Origin: an uncultured Candidatus Saccharibacteria bacterium
GTDB taxonomy: Bacteria; Patescibacteriota; Minisyncoccia; Phycocordibacterales; UBA918
Reading direction: 5' to 3'
Length of the DNA stretch: 64,000 bases
Assembly (NCBI GenBank): GCA_964593375.1
Contig: CAZQIF010000002.1
Location: 7,197 to 71,196 of the forward strand
Part shown: in pieces, positions 27,432 to 36,699 of the stretch
Layout: the number at the start of each line of letters is the position of its first letter
Position numbering within the stretch: position 1 is the first letter of the stretch
Translations under genes and position numbers: made by a program
Notes under the pieces: model-generated
What the model saw: the letters and a program-made list of their open reading frames with translations, nothing else
The model's database searches: none
What the model was told of the DNA's origin: nothing

Positions 27432-27608
27432 AGTGAAAAGTATACCAGAATATAATTGTTTTCTTTTAACTTACTCTGTGAAAAGAACAAATCAGGAATT
27501 TAAGTTATGTGGGAAGCAGAGTCTCTCGACAGTTCTATAATTTGATTGTACTATCACGATCAGAAGTTCTCGCAAAATCACTCAAAACTAACCCAAGAAG
27601 GAGTACAA

Positions 27609-29309
27609 ATGAAATCCATTCGTATCAAGGATGCGACCTACGTCCATCCGAGCGACCGTGTGAAGGAACTCAAAATGAATGCCCTCACGGGTGTTCATGT
27701 TTGTTTCATCAACATGCCACTTCGAGAGTCGGCACGCCCCAATACCCCACCGCAAGGACCGGGGCTCATGGCGGCCCGTCTTCGACAGTATGGAGCAACA
27801 CCGAGCATCATCGATCTCAATGCGTACCGCATTGAGGACGCTGAGGCGAGTCAAAAAGGACTGCGGAATGGGCGCCACCTGAATCATGAGGAAGCCGAGC
27901 AACTTATCTTGGCCCACTTCGGGAAATATGGTGAGCCCGATATCATCGGCATCTCCGGGAAAATCACCACGCTCAAGTGGCAACAGTGGGTAGCTCGGTT
28001 TTGCAAAAAAGTCGCTCCAGATGCATTTCTGATTTCGGGCGGCGGTCTTGCTACTGAGTTCAAAAAAGGTCTCTTTAACTGGGTTCCTGAGCTCGACGCA
28101 ATTGGACATTCAGAGGGTGATGACATCATTCTCCTCTGTGCCCATGACGTTAAGCTCTCGGGAAAAACCCGCGCGAAGATGACTCACTCCCCCCACTATG
28201 TCGGAGAAATTGCCGGCAAGCATCGATTCGTGTATGCGGGCGACCGCCCTCACAACCTCGATGTGTTACCGTTTGCAGCATGGGACCTCCTCGAACGAGA
28301 TGTCTACGGAAATCCTGTGCTCGAGTGGTACATAGAGACGCCAGTCTGGGGTCTTGCTGCAAATAACTCGTCCGCAGCAAACTTTGTCACAAAACGGAGT
28401 TTGACCACGGTCTCGAGTCGCGGATGCCCACACGCTTGCTCGTTCTGCTACCGCGGAGCACAAGGCGAACGCAATTGGGGCATTCGGAGTCCGTTCAATC
28501 TCCGCGAGGAGGCAGAATGGCTCATCCGGACCTACGGCGTTGACTTCATCGGGTTCCCTGATGACAACTTCGCTGTAGACTGGAAACGTTGTGCCGCACT
28601 GCCTAAGGCATTTGAAGGTCTCGACTTCCGTTGGGGTACGCACACACGCCTCGACGAATGTACGATGAATCGCATCGTACCGATGGCAGAGTCTGGATGT
28701 ATCTACATCGGAGTTGGTGCAGAGAGTGCTTCAAAGTCTACGCTCTACCGCATGAAAAAAGGCGGACACATCATCAAGCAACGCGGTGTGGAGCGCATGA
28801 CCAAGGTCGGTGACTACGAGTTCCCCACGACCATGATGGAGGGGATTGAAAATTGCCGAGAGGTTGGTATTCACGTGAACGCAACGTGGATGATGGCGTA
28901 TCCAGGGGAGACGCTCGAAGATTTGAAAACGAGTGTCGCGTTCATCAAGTGGCAAGAGGAGCTGTACACCAAAGGTCTCACTCCGGGCACACCTGAGTAC
29001 GCCATTGCGTGGACATCAGTCAATCGGATGATGTTTACCGCTACGGCGTACCCTGGGACAGATATGTTCAAAGACCCGATGGTGCGTGAGCTTCTCGGGA
29101 AGAACTTTGGACTCTCCTTTACGGAGAATGGTGACCCGGTCTGTGATGATGCAATGGAGTGGTACGTTCAGGAACTGGACGACGCCACCAAGGTGCTCCA
29201 CGGTAAGGATGGAAAACCACTCAACTTCTCGGCGATGTCGGAAGAAGTGTTCCTCGAGGCACGGCAACACGTCAACGAGGGACATATCGAGAAGGTACTC
29301 GATATGTAA
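27609..29309 (+). CDS. Cobalamin-dependent (class B) radical SAM enzyme
   Basis: N-terminal B12-binding-like domain (PPQGPG..DIIGISG..ISGGG..EGD), SSRGCPHACSFC, FPDDNF, IGVGAESAS, YPGET, YPGT; SD aaggag upstream of ATG 27609. Confidence 0.9.
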   Translation: MKSIRIKDATYVHPSDRVKELKMNALTGVHVCFINMPLRESARPNTPPQGPGLMAARLRQYGATPSIIDLNAYRIEDAEASQKGLRNGRHLNHEEAEQLILAHFGKYGEPDIIGISGKITTLKWQQWVARFCKKVAPDAFLISGGGLATEFKKGLFNWVPELDAIGHSEGDDIILLCAHDVKLSGKTRAKMTHSPHYVGEIAGKHRFVYAGDRPHNLDVLPFAAWDLLERDVYGNPVLEWYIETPVWGLAANNSSAANFVTKRSLTTVSSRGCPHACSFCYRGAQGERNWGIRSPFNLREEAEWLIRTYGVDFIGFPDDNFAVDWKRCAALPKAFEGLDFRWGTHTRLDECTMNRIVPMAESGCIYIGVGAESASKSTLYRMKKGGHIIKQRGVERMTKVGDYEFPTTMMEGIENCREVGIHVNATWMMAYPGETLEDLKTSVAFIKWQEELYTKGLTPGTPEYAIAWTSVNRMMFTATAYPGTDMFKDPMVRELLGKNFGLSFTENGDPVCDDAMEWYVQELDDATKVLHGKDGKPLNFSAMSEEVFLEARQHVNEGHIEKVLDM

Positions 29310-29323
29310 CAATGTAACAACTC

Positions 29324-29349
29324 AAGGGGTCGCTCGCGCGACCCCTTTT
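29324..29349 (+). terminator. Intrinsic terminator of the radical SAM gene
   Basis: aaggggtcgc-tcgc-gcgacccctt followed by a T-tract. Confidence 0.75.
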
Positions 29350-29372
29350 ATTTTGGACAGTTATACAAGCGC

Positions 29373-30089
29373 TTACTCTAACTCGCTTCTTTTCTTAAGT
29401 AATTGCTCAATGAGCCAAAGCTGAAATTCACTATCGATTTGAATTGAGTCTTCTTGTGTCATTTCAATAACACCAACCTTACCTCCCCACCTGTGATTGT
29501 TCGCCATAAATAGATCATGACTTGTTACATAGAAAGCTCCATTTTCATGTAATATCTTTGGTAAATCCTGGCGCACCACCCTGCTTAAAACCGGGGCTTC
29601 TGGTACGTAATTATATGCACCTGTATTTTCGTCTTTCTTAACAAGCCATTTCCATTCATACGTCTCAGGATTAAAAGCTGTAATGCAAGAATCAAAATCA
29701 CCACGAAGGACGGCAGTGACGCTCTCCCGAATTGTTTCCGGCTTCAGAAGAGGTGATGTTGGTTGAATAAGAGACACCAACTCAGGAACATATCCTTCAA
29801 TTTCTTTAAGTTGACTCAGTGCATCGTGAATAACTGGTTCAAGGGTAACCTTATCTCCAGCGAGCTCTAGAGGGCGATTTATTACTTCAGCACCATACTC
29901 TTTTGCTACCTTGGCAATTTCTTCATCCTCAGTTGAAACAAAGACCCTATCAACAACGCCTGAATTTAGAGCCGCCTTAATGGTATATGAGACAAGTGGT
30001 TCACCGAGAATTTTTCGGAGATTCTTCCTTGGCACCCCCTTGCTTCCACCTCGTGCTGGTATTATGCAGATGACTTTTTTAGTTTCCAT
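29373..30089 (-). CDS. neuA: Acylneuraminate (nonulosonate) cytidylyltransferase
   Basis: IIPARGGSKGVPRKN, VSTEDEEI, RPLELAGD, IQPTSPL, RQDLP, ENGAFY, IQIDS. Confidence 0.92.
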   Translation of the reverse strand: METKKVICIIPARGGSKGVPRKNLRKILGEPLVSYTIKAALNSGVVDRVFVSTEDEEIAKVAKEYGAEVINRPLELAGDKVTLEPVIHDALSQLKEIEGYVPELVSLIQPTSPLLKPETIRESVTAVLRGDFDSCITAFNPETYEWKWLVKKDENTGAYNYVPEAPVLSRVVRQDLPKILHENGAFYVTSHDLFMANNHRWGGKVGVIEMTQEDSIQIDSEFQLWLIEQLLKKRSELE

Positions 30090-30117
30090 ATATAATATTT
30101 AGCTTGCCTAATATAAC

Positions 30118-31482
30118 TTAATTATCGAAGATAAGTTTCGTAATGCGTTCTGCAGATTTACCATCAAGTTTCCACATATGTATCTCGGCAAATTGTTTGC
30201 GCTCCTTACGATTAATTTCTGGATGCTCAAGATATGTGTTAATCCACTCTGCAAGTTCGTCCTCATTTTTAACCTTAGGGCTTGCACCATGTGACAGAAA
30301 ATAGACTACACACTCCTCAGATTGCCACCTTGCAAGACTCCTCAAAAAAGGTACATCCTGTTCCCAACCGTCAAAACCAATTGAAATAACGGGTCTATCA
30401 AACATAACTGCATCGACAATAATTGAAGAAAAAGTATTTATCATCAAATGTATATGAGAAAGCGTATCTGCCAAATGAAGTCTGTTTGCTCTCCCTTCTT
30501 CACGTTCCCTTCCGCGAGCACCTTGATATACAGTCAAGTTCGATTCAAAAACAAAGTTCTCATCGGCTTGGAATTTGCTGTAGTCGGTATCGTTATACGG
30601 GTGTGGACGAACCAAAAATTGTATATTTTGTGGAATTCTTTTTTCATTGTATAGCTTTTGTAAAATAGACAAAACTTGCCAATCTGTGTCCACAAAAACG
30701 CCCGAAGCAGGACACACTAGGATAATTTTCTTTTTTACATCAAGACCCAAATCAGTACAAAACTTCTCCCGTGAAACTGATGGCGCATAGTCAAGATATT
30801 CTTCAAATTGAGGAACTCCAGACATATGAATAATTCTTTGATTCACATTATGGAGACGTGAAAGTTCTTCCTTAATAACCTCGTTTTGAACAATGACCTT
30901 ATCAGGAACCGTTCTTAAATACACCTTTGTTGACGTATTATCCCAAGAGCGTGTCATGCCAACAGTTTTAATTCCAAATTTTCGTGCTCGATTAATTAAT
31001 GAAACATTAGCTGAATCAAAAATGTCAGTTGAAAAAACTACGTCTGGTTTATATTTCAAAAACAATTGATCAAACTCTGTTGTTTGAGAAATATGATAGT
31101 TGAAGAATCTGAAGACTGATTTAAAAAATGTTATATGGCCAAGAACTTTTGTAACCACTGTTTCGAAAAAATATCTAACAGGAGCATTGAATTTTTCTTT
31201 CCTAACTAATTTATGATATTTCTTTACCTTCGTATCCAATAATAAATCTGCAACTCGTTCAAAAATAACATTTCTTGGCTCAGTATTAATTTTTTCAAAA
31301 GGTATACCCTCTACAACAACGTTTTGATAATTTGCATACGTGCTAGAAAAATATTCTTTCTTATGATCAAGTACAAGAAGAATTACCTTGTTATCCTTAG
31401 CGATTTCAGCCAGCACACCTGAATCTAAAATATTTCTGGTTACGAAAGGATGAAAATCAGAGAGAAATAGGCATTTGTTCAT
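30118..31482 (-). CDS. GT-B protein, CDP-glycerol:glycerophosphotransferase / CMP-ulosonate transferase-like
   Basis: RSWDNTSTK, SGVPQFE, LVRPHP, FSSIIVDAVMFDRPVI, DGKSAERI; directly upstream of neuA. Confidence 0.65.
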   Translation of the reverse strand: MNKCLFLSDFHPFVTRNILDSGVLAEIAKDNKVILLVLDHKKEYFSSTYANYQNVVVEGIPFEKINTEPRNVIFERVADLLLDTKVKKYHKLVRKEKFNAPVRYFFETVVTKVLGHITFFKSVFRFFNYHISQTTEFDQLFLKYKPDVVFSTDIFDSANVSLINRARKFGIKTVGMTRSWDNTSTKVYLRTVPDKVIVQNEVIKEELSRLHNVNQRIIHMSGVPQFEEYLDYAPSVSREKFCTDLGLDVKKKIILVCPASGVFVDTDWQVLSILQKLYNEKRIPQNIQFLVRPHPYNDTDYSKFQADENFVFESNLTVYQGARGREREEGRANRLHLADTLSHIHLMINTFSSIIVDAVMFDRPVISIGFDGWEQDVPFLRSLARWQSEECVVYFLSHGASPKVKNEDELAEWINTYLEHPEINRKERKQFAEIHMWKLDGKSAERITKLIFDN

Positions 31483-32591
31483 CTTGCTGGTTTTTTACTC
31501 ATAATTTCAGTGATTGTCGCGATAACAAAATCTTGTTCAATCTTCCTAAGTCTTGTATAAAGTGGAAGCGTAATAGTACCCAACCCAATTCTCTCAGTGT
31601 GTGGATACATCCCTTTTTTGTATCCAAGCTTTTTGTAATAAGGTTCGAGATGTATTGGGTTGTAGTGTATATCTGCGGGCACCCCTGCTTCTTTGAGACG
31701 CTTCCTGATTGCATCTCGCTTCCTAGGATCGACCACAATCGTAAACATGTGGTAAGCATGTTTTGTATTAGGGACCACACTGAGCAGTTTTATCCCCGTA
31801 ATATTTTCAAGAGATTTCGTATAGTACTCATAAATCTTTTTTCGTTTTATCCATTCATGCTCAATTCGCTCTAATTGACCAAGTAGCATTGCCCCTTGCA
31901 TATTGGTCATACTGTACTTGTACCCAAGCCGAGTCATGTGTCTAATTGTTCCTGATCTATCAGAACCTGAGTCATTCAATAGTCTGACTTCTTCTGCAAG
32001 TTTCTTTGTGTGAACTCCAACAGCTCCACCTTCTCCCGCAGTAATATTTTTAGCTGCATGAAAACTAAAGCATGATGCAAAACTTAACTCACCAGGACGA
32101 ACTCCATCCCGAGAAGCTTCAAGTGCATGGGGAGCATCTTCAATCACCTTCAACTTATACTTCTTAGCGAGTTTTGCTAATGAGCGCATATCAGCCATTT
32201 GACCATAAAGATGTACCGGAATAATCGCTTTTGTTCGTTTTGTAATTGCCTTTTCAATTTCGGGAATAGAAATAAGTCCGGTTTCAGGCTCAACATCGAC
32301 AAATACTAATTTTGCTCCGACAAAAAGTACCACATTGCTCGTTGCCCAAAAGCTGAGTGGGGTTGTAATCACTTCATCCCCAGGACCAACTCCTGCCGCA
32401 AGAAGCGCAGTATGAAGCGCGGCAGTACCACTACTGTTCGCCACAATGAAAGGTAACCCGAGATATGTTGCGAGTTTTTCTTCAAAAGACCGAAGTTCAG
32501 GACCAGTCGCCAACCAGCCAGATTTGAGTACTTGAGTTACTGCCTTAATATCACTCGATTTAAGAGGTGGGTTAAGAAATGGGATACGCAT
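31479..32591 (-). CDS. DegT/DnrJ/EryC1/StrS sugar aminotransferase
   Basis: SSGTAALH, GDEVIT, PVHLYG, IEDAPHALEA, FSFHAAKNITAGEGG (PLP Lys), LGYKYSM, ITLPLY. Confidence 0.92.
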   Translation of the reverse strand: MRIPFLNPPLKSSDIKAVTQVLKSGWLATGPELRSFEEKLATYLGLPFIVANSSGTAALHTALLAAGVGPGDEVITTPLSFWATSNVVLFVGAKLVFVDVEPETGLISIPEIEKAITKRTKAIIPVHLYGQMADMRSLAKLAKKYKLKVIEDAPHALEASRDGVRPGELSFASCFSFHAAKNITAGEGGAVGVHTKKLAEEVRLLNDSGSDRSGTIRHMTRLGYKYSMTNMQGAMLLGQLERIEHEWIKRKKIYEYYTKSLENITGIKLLSVVPNTKHAYHMFTIVVDPRKRDAIRKRLKEAGVPADIHYNPIHLEPYYKKLGYKKGMYPHTERIGLGTITLPLYTRLRKIEQDFVIATITEIMSKKPAR

Positions 32592-32593
32592 AA

Positions 32594-33313
32594 TTATTTT
32601 TTTATGAATGTTAGCATCTTGTACTTCGACTTTGTATAACCAATCAAACGCAAAAAAGTATCCGCCCATAGCGTTATTCCGTATACGAATGCGTTGGTAC
32701 CAAGATGGTGGAAAAGAAAACTATCTATGAAATTTATGTGTCGGATTCCTTTTAATGCAAAATCCTGTTGTGCGAAAGACTTCTCAAGTGCATCAACTGT
32801 ATCTATTTTTTTGTACTCTAGATTTTTTTGGAAGTCGGGAATTTTGAATGGAATATATTCAAGAAGAACGACTCGAGCTCCTGGCTTCATATGCTGTATG
32901 TATGTATAAAAGACACTTCGTGCTTCAGGTGAAAAATGCACAAAGACAGTAGTCAAAATAACAAGGTCTGCCGATTGAATTTTTTGTCGTATGGCCTCAT
33001 CTGGAACAGAGCCACGCTGGAAACTAATTTGTGTCTGACTATTATATTTCTTCTGTGCGATTTCAATATTAAAAGGAAAATCAAATGCGGAAATTGATGC
33101 GGAAGTCATTTTTGCTATCTCAGCCGTATACTCTCCGACACCACACCCCACGTCAACAATGTCTTTAACTCCTGATAAATCAATTGACTGGAGCGCCTTC
33201 ACACGTACCTCAAATGCATATTGGTCCTGCCATTTATTATGGTAGTGACAAGGGTTGTCGCCTTTCTTCGTCTGTTCTTGCCAATATTTTGCAACACCCT
33301 CTGAGTCAAGCAT
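32594..33313 (-). CDS. Class I SAM-dependent methyltransferase
   Basis: IVDVGCGVG, DLVILTTVFVH, MKPGARVVLLE. Confidence 0.82.
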   Translation of the reverse strand: MLDSEGVAKYWQEQTKKGDNPCHYHNKWQDQYAFEVRVKALQSIDLSGVKDIVDVGCGVGEYTAEIAKMTSASISAFDFPFNIEIAQKKYNSQTQISFQRGSVPDEAIRQKIQSADLVILTTVFVHFSPEARSVFYTYIQHMKPGARVVLLEYIPFKIPDFQKNLEYKKIDTVDALEKSFAQQDFALKGIRHINFIDSFLFHHLGTNAFVYGITLWADTFLRLIGYTKSKYKMLTFIKK

Positions 33314-33322
33314 AATCTGCAC

Positions 33323-34459
33323 TTATTTTATTAAGGCCTTATCATAAGCTCTCAAGTACTGTATCGCAATAGCATCCCAAGAATGCTTCTTTGCTTCCTT
33401 TCGTCCATTCTCTGACATATCGTTTCGAAGTTCTGGATTTGCAATAATTTTGCGAATAGCGTCGGAAAGTTCCGCATGTTCACCTTGAAGAACGAGGAAA
33501 CCGTTATATCCATTTTTAATAACATATTCAGAACCAAAACCATATGTACTTACAACTGGAGCACCAAGGGAATGGGCTTCATAAAATACCATGGGAAACC
33601 CCTCAAACGATCCATCAACCGTTTGAGCGGCGAGTACAAAAACTGTACAGGTAGCATAAAGTTCTATGAGCATTTCATCGCTCACTCGACCCAAGAGTTC
33701 TACACGATCCTCGAGGCCCAGGGCTTTAATTTCTTTTTTGAGTTGTTGCACATATGGAATGCCTTCATTGAAAGAACCAGCAAGTTTGTATTGAAGATCT
33801 GGGAATTCTTTTGCAAGAAGTGCGAGCGCGCGGACCGTATACAGTGCTCCCTTCCTCGGTTTAATTGCCCCTGTTGTTAAAATGAAAGGATACTGAGCGG
33901 TTTCATGAACTCCCGTATCTCTGTATTTTTCTGGATCAACTCCAAATGGTACAAATTCCCATTTTCCATGAAGTTGTTCAACTTCTTCAATAAGTTCTAT
34001 ATTTCTATTTGAACCCGTAGCAATAAATACCGCTTGACGGTACATAAACCGCATCATCATTCGTTTAACAATCTGACGTGGCTTGTTCCCCTTTGGAATA
34101 ACGCAATACGTACCTGCAATCGTGATAAAAAGTGGTTTTCTTAATACTTTAGCGGCAAGCGCTGCTCCTGGAGTAAGTGGTTCTACAAAAGTATGTATTG
34201 CGTCACACTTACGAAAGTATATGAGTGACATTATAAAAACACGAAGTTGATTCCAAATGCTGTAGGTAATGTACTTATTCGGAAGAACTCTGTGTATTTC
34301 ATAAGAAACTGAATCGTTTTGTGCATCTGATGCGGTGAGCACAATAACATTGTGTTTTTTTGCGACTGCCCCAATGATTCCTTTTGAAAGAGTATCCCAA
34401 CCACCGTAGTATGAGATCGATGAAGTGACACAGCCAATTGTGTAGTTTTTTGCTTCCAT
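33323..34459 (-). CDS. Glycosyltransferase family 4
   Basis: PFGVD, GAIKPRKG, EGFPMVFYEA, GYNGFLV. Confidence 0.9.
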   Translation of the reverse strand: MEAKNYTIGCVTSSISYYGGWDTLSKGIIGAVAKKHNVIVLTASDAQNDSVSYEIHRVLPNKYITYSIWNQLRVFIMSLIYFRKCDAIHTFVEPLTPGAALAAKVLRKPLFITIAGTYCVIPKGNKPRQIVKRMMMRFMYRQAVFIATGSNRNIELIEEVEQLHGKWEFVPFGVDPEKYRDTGVHETAQYPFILTTGAIKPRKGALYTVRALALLAKEFPDLQYKLAGSFNEGIPYVQQLKKEIKALGLEDRVELLGRVSDEMLIELYATCTVFVLAAQTVDGSFEGFPMVFYEAHSLGAPVVSTYGFGSEYVIKNGYNGFLVLQGEHAELSDAIRKIIANPELRNDMSENGRKEAKKHSWDAIAIQYLRAYDKALIK

Positions 34460-34581
34460 GATGGGACTCATAATACCACGCACTCAGTATCGAGATGGTT
34501 GATTTGCTTATAAATAAAAAATGTGCTCTAATATTCCTAGAAGATTTCAATTTCTACCACCTCTCGACAAGGAGCTCCGCG

Positions 34582-35613
34582 ATGAAGTTCGTACTTGTTG
34601 CTCGTGACATTGGTTCTGCAAACGTAACATCGAGGGTTGCCCATTCCCTGCTTGGAAGAGGCCACCAGGTGTACGCAGTAACCGAAGGGAAAGCTACGGG
34701 AATATTCCTAAATTCAGGGATTCATCCGATAGTTGCTCTGCCAGAAGTAATCACACAGAATTCAATCGACTTTGGAGATTTGTTTGATACTTTCTGCCCC
34801 GATGGGGTTGTTACAGGGCTTTCTAGTCCTATCAATCTCGAAAATACTGCCGGGCAGGTAGCGAACGCAAAACACATCCCTCTTGCAATCATTGAGGATG
34901 GTCATGGTGTGTCAAAGCGCACGGGAGCACATCCTAATTTGGTCTGTGCGGTCGATGAAATCGGAGTGGCGGAGAGCGAGAAAAATCATCCCGATGCGAA
35001 AGTTATCAAAGCTGGGAACATTGGTGTAAAGGACATATCGCCTTCAGAGGAGATGAAAAAGTGTGTTACCTACCTCAGGTCAAAATACGATGCACTTTTT
35101 GTCTTCACCGAATCGGGGAAGCCAAATAACTCTGCTGTTGATGAACAAATTGATCTTCTCATCAAGTGTGTCCGTATGTCGACGGGGAAAATTTGTATCA
35201 TCCCCCGTCTTCATCCAAAGTGGGCCAACGTCATTAAGGAAGGAATGAGTCTTCATGCGCGATGGATGGGAAAGTTGCTCTCTGGTATTCCTACACTTGA
35301 AGAAGTGAGCACCGGGAATACGGACGAACTTGTAGCATTGGCAGATGGGACAGTATCGGTTCTTTCAACACTCCTTACAACCTCGGCAAGTTGTGGCAAA
35401 CAAGCAATCTCGCTACGCACTCCTCGGTCGACAAGGTTTATGCAAGAAATTATGGGGTTTTCAACATTACCCCTTGTGTCCCTTGGTTGTGCTGCGGAGA
35501 TAGGTGAGCCTACTGACCTCCTTCAGGTACTTCGTAAGCAGTCACAAAAAGCAAACCTTTGGAAACTAACACCCTTCAATCCTGAGATAGTATATGAGGC
35601 TTTAACTCACTAG
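34582..35613 (+). CDS. GT-B-like hypothetical protein (surface polysaccharide biosynthesis)
   Basis: MKFVLVARDIGSAN Rossmann-like start, PDGVVTG, PRLHPK, STLLTTS..GKQAIS; SD aaggag; own terminator. Confidence 0.55.
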   Translation: MKFVLVARDIGSANVTSRVAHSLLGRGHQVYAVTEGKATGIFLNSGIHPIVALPEVITQNSIDFGDLFDTFCPDGVVTGLSSPINLENTAGQVANAKHIPLAIIEDGHGVSKRTGAHPNLVCAVDEIGVAESEKNHPDAKVIKAGNIGVKDISPSEEMKKCVTYLRSKYDALFVFTESGKPNNSAVDEQIDLLIKCVRMSTGKICIIPRLHPKWANVIKEGMSLHARWMGKLLSGIPTLEEVSTGNTDELVALADGTVSVLSTLLTTSASCGKQAISLRTPRSTRFMQEIMGFSTLPLVSLGCAAEIGEPTDLLQVLRKQSQKANLWKLTPFNPEIVYEALTH

Positions 35614-35652
35614 CCTGAGACCGCATACAAAAAGTTCTTCAGTAAATCGTTT

Positions 35653-35695
35653 ACGCCCATTAGTCCCACCATCGGACTTTGGGCGTTTTCTTTTT
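35653..35695 (+). terminator. Intrinsic terminator
   Basis: acgccca..agtcc/ggact..tgggcgt stem followed by ttttcttttt. Confidence 0.6.
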
Positions 35696-35698
35696 AAC

Positions 35699-36697
35699 TT
35701 ATTTTTGTTTTTGATTCTTTATGTACCAATCAAATGAGCGTTGTAGACCTTCGTCAAGTGATATTTTTGCCTCCCAACCAACGTGCTCCTTAATTTTCGA
35801 AACATCTGCCGCCCTACGCTTCACGCTCCCTTCCGGACCATTTTGAATATCAAGTTTTTCTGGTGTCCATCCCGCAATCTTAAATAATTTTTTTGCGAGT
35901 TCTTCCATAGAGACCTCATCATCGTGATGACGACCTATGTGGTATGTCCCTCCATCAGTAATATCTGATTCCATCACCATCTGCATTGCTTCAACTGCAT
36001 CATCCATGTAACAGAAAGTACGCGTGTTATCTGCTCCATATATTGGAAATGGATCAACCCTGTCTTGAATACGTGCGATGAACTGAGGAATAACGTGCTC
36101 GTACCCTGTTCGTGGCCCATAGAAATTATGTGGACGAACTATCACTGAACGTAGTCCGTGCTCTTTTGCAAAATGAATATAAAAAAGTTCTCCAATAAGT
36201 TTTGTTCCACCATATGTCCAGCGAGGATTATATGTGTCTGAAATTACCAAAGGAACATTCTCAGGAGTTGGAATAGGAAGCTGTTCAAAGGCTTCAAGTG
36301 CACTCGCATACGCCTCATTTGAGGATGTGTACATAATTTTTGCCTGAGGATTTGTCTCTTTCATCCACTCGAGACTGTGCAAAATACTCGTAACACCAAT
36401 ACGCAACACTTCACCAGGCATCGTATAAAATAATCCTGTTCCATTAATACTCACCAACTGATATATATCATGATATCCAGTTCCAAGAGTATTCCACCCT
36501 TCGCGTGTTGTTAGATCAGCTTCTATGAGCGTCACGTTCGGGAGCGCAAGCAACTCATGTAAGTGATGGTCTCTTTTCCCTCGAAAAAAATTATCAGCAA
36601 TGACGACTTGGTACCCCTGTTTTGCAAGACGACGAGCAAGGTATACCCCTATCGAACCCGCACCTCCCGTGATAAGAACTTTTCGTGATGATTGCAT
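35699..36697 (-). CDS. NAD-dependent nucleotide-sugar epimerase/dehydratase (extended SDR)
   Basis: ITGGAGSIG, YTSSNEAY, YGGTK (YxxxK), RPHNFYGP, TRTFCYMDD. Confidence 0.9.
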   Translation of the reverse strand: MQSSRKVLITGGAGSIGVYLARRLAKQGYQVVIADNFFRGKRDHHLHELLALPNVTLIEADLTTREGWNTLGTGYHDIYQLVSINGTGLFYTMPGEVLRIGVTSILHSLEWMKETNPQAKIMYTSSNEAYASALEAFEQLPIPTPENVPLVISDTYNPRWTYGGTKLIGELFYIHFAKEHGLRSVIVRPHNFYGPRTGYEHVIPQFIARIQDRVDPFPIYGADNTRTFCYMDDAVEAMQMVMESDITDGGTYHIGRHHDDEVSMEELAKKLFKIAGWTPEKLDIQNGPEGSVKRRAADVSKIKEHVGWEAKISLDEGLQRSFDWYIKNQKQK

Positions 36698-36699
36698 GT

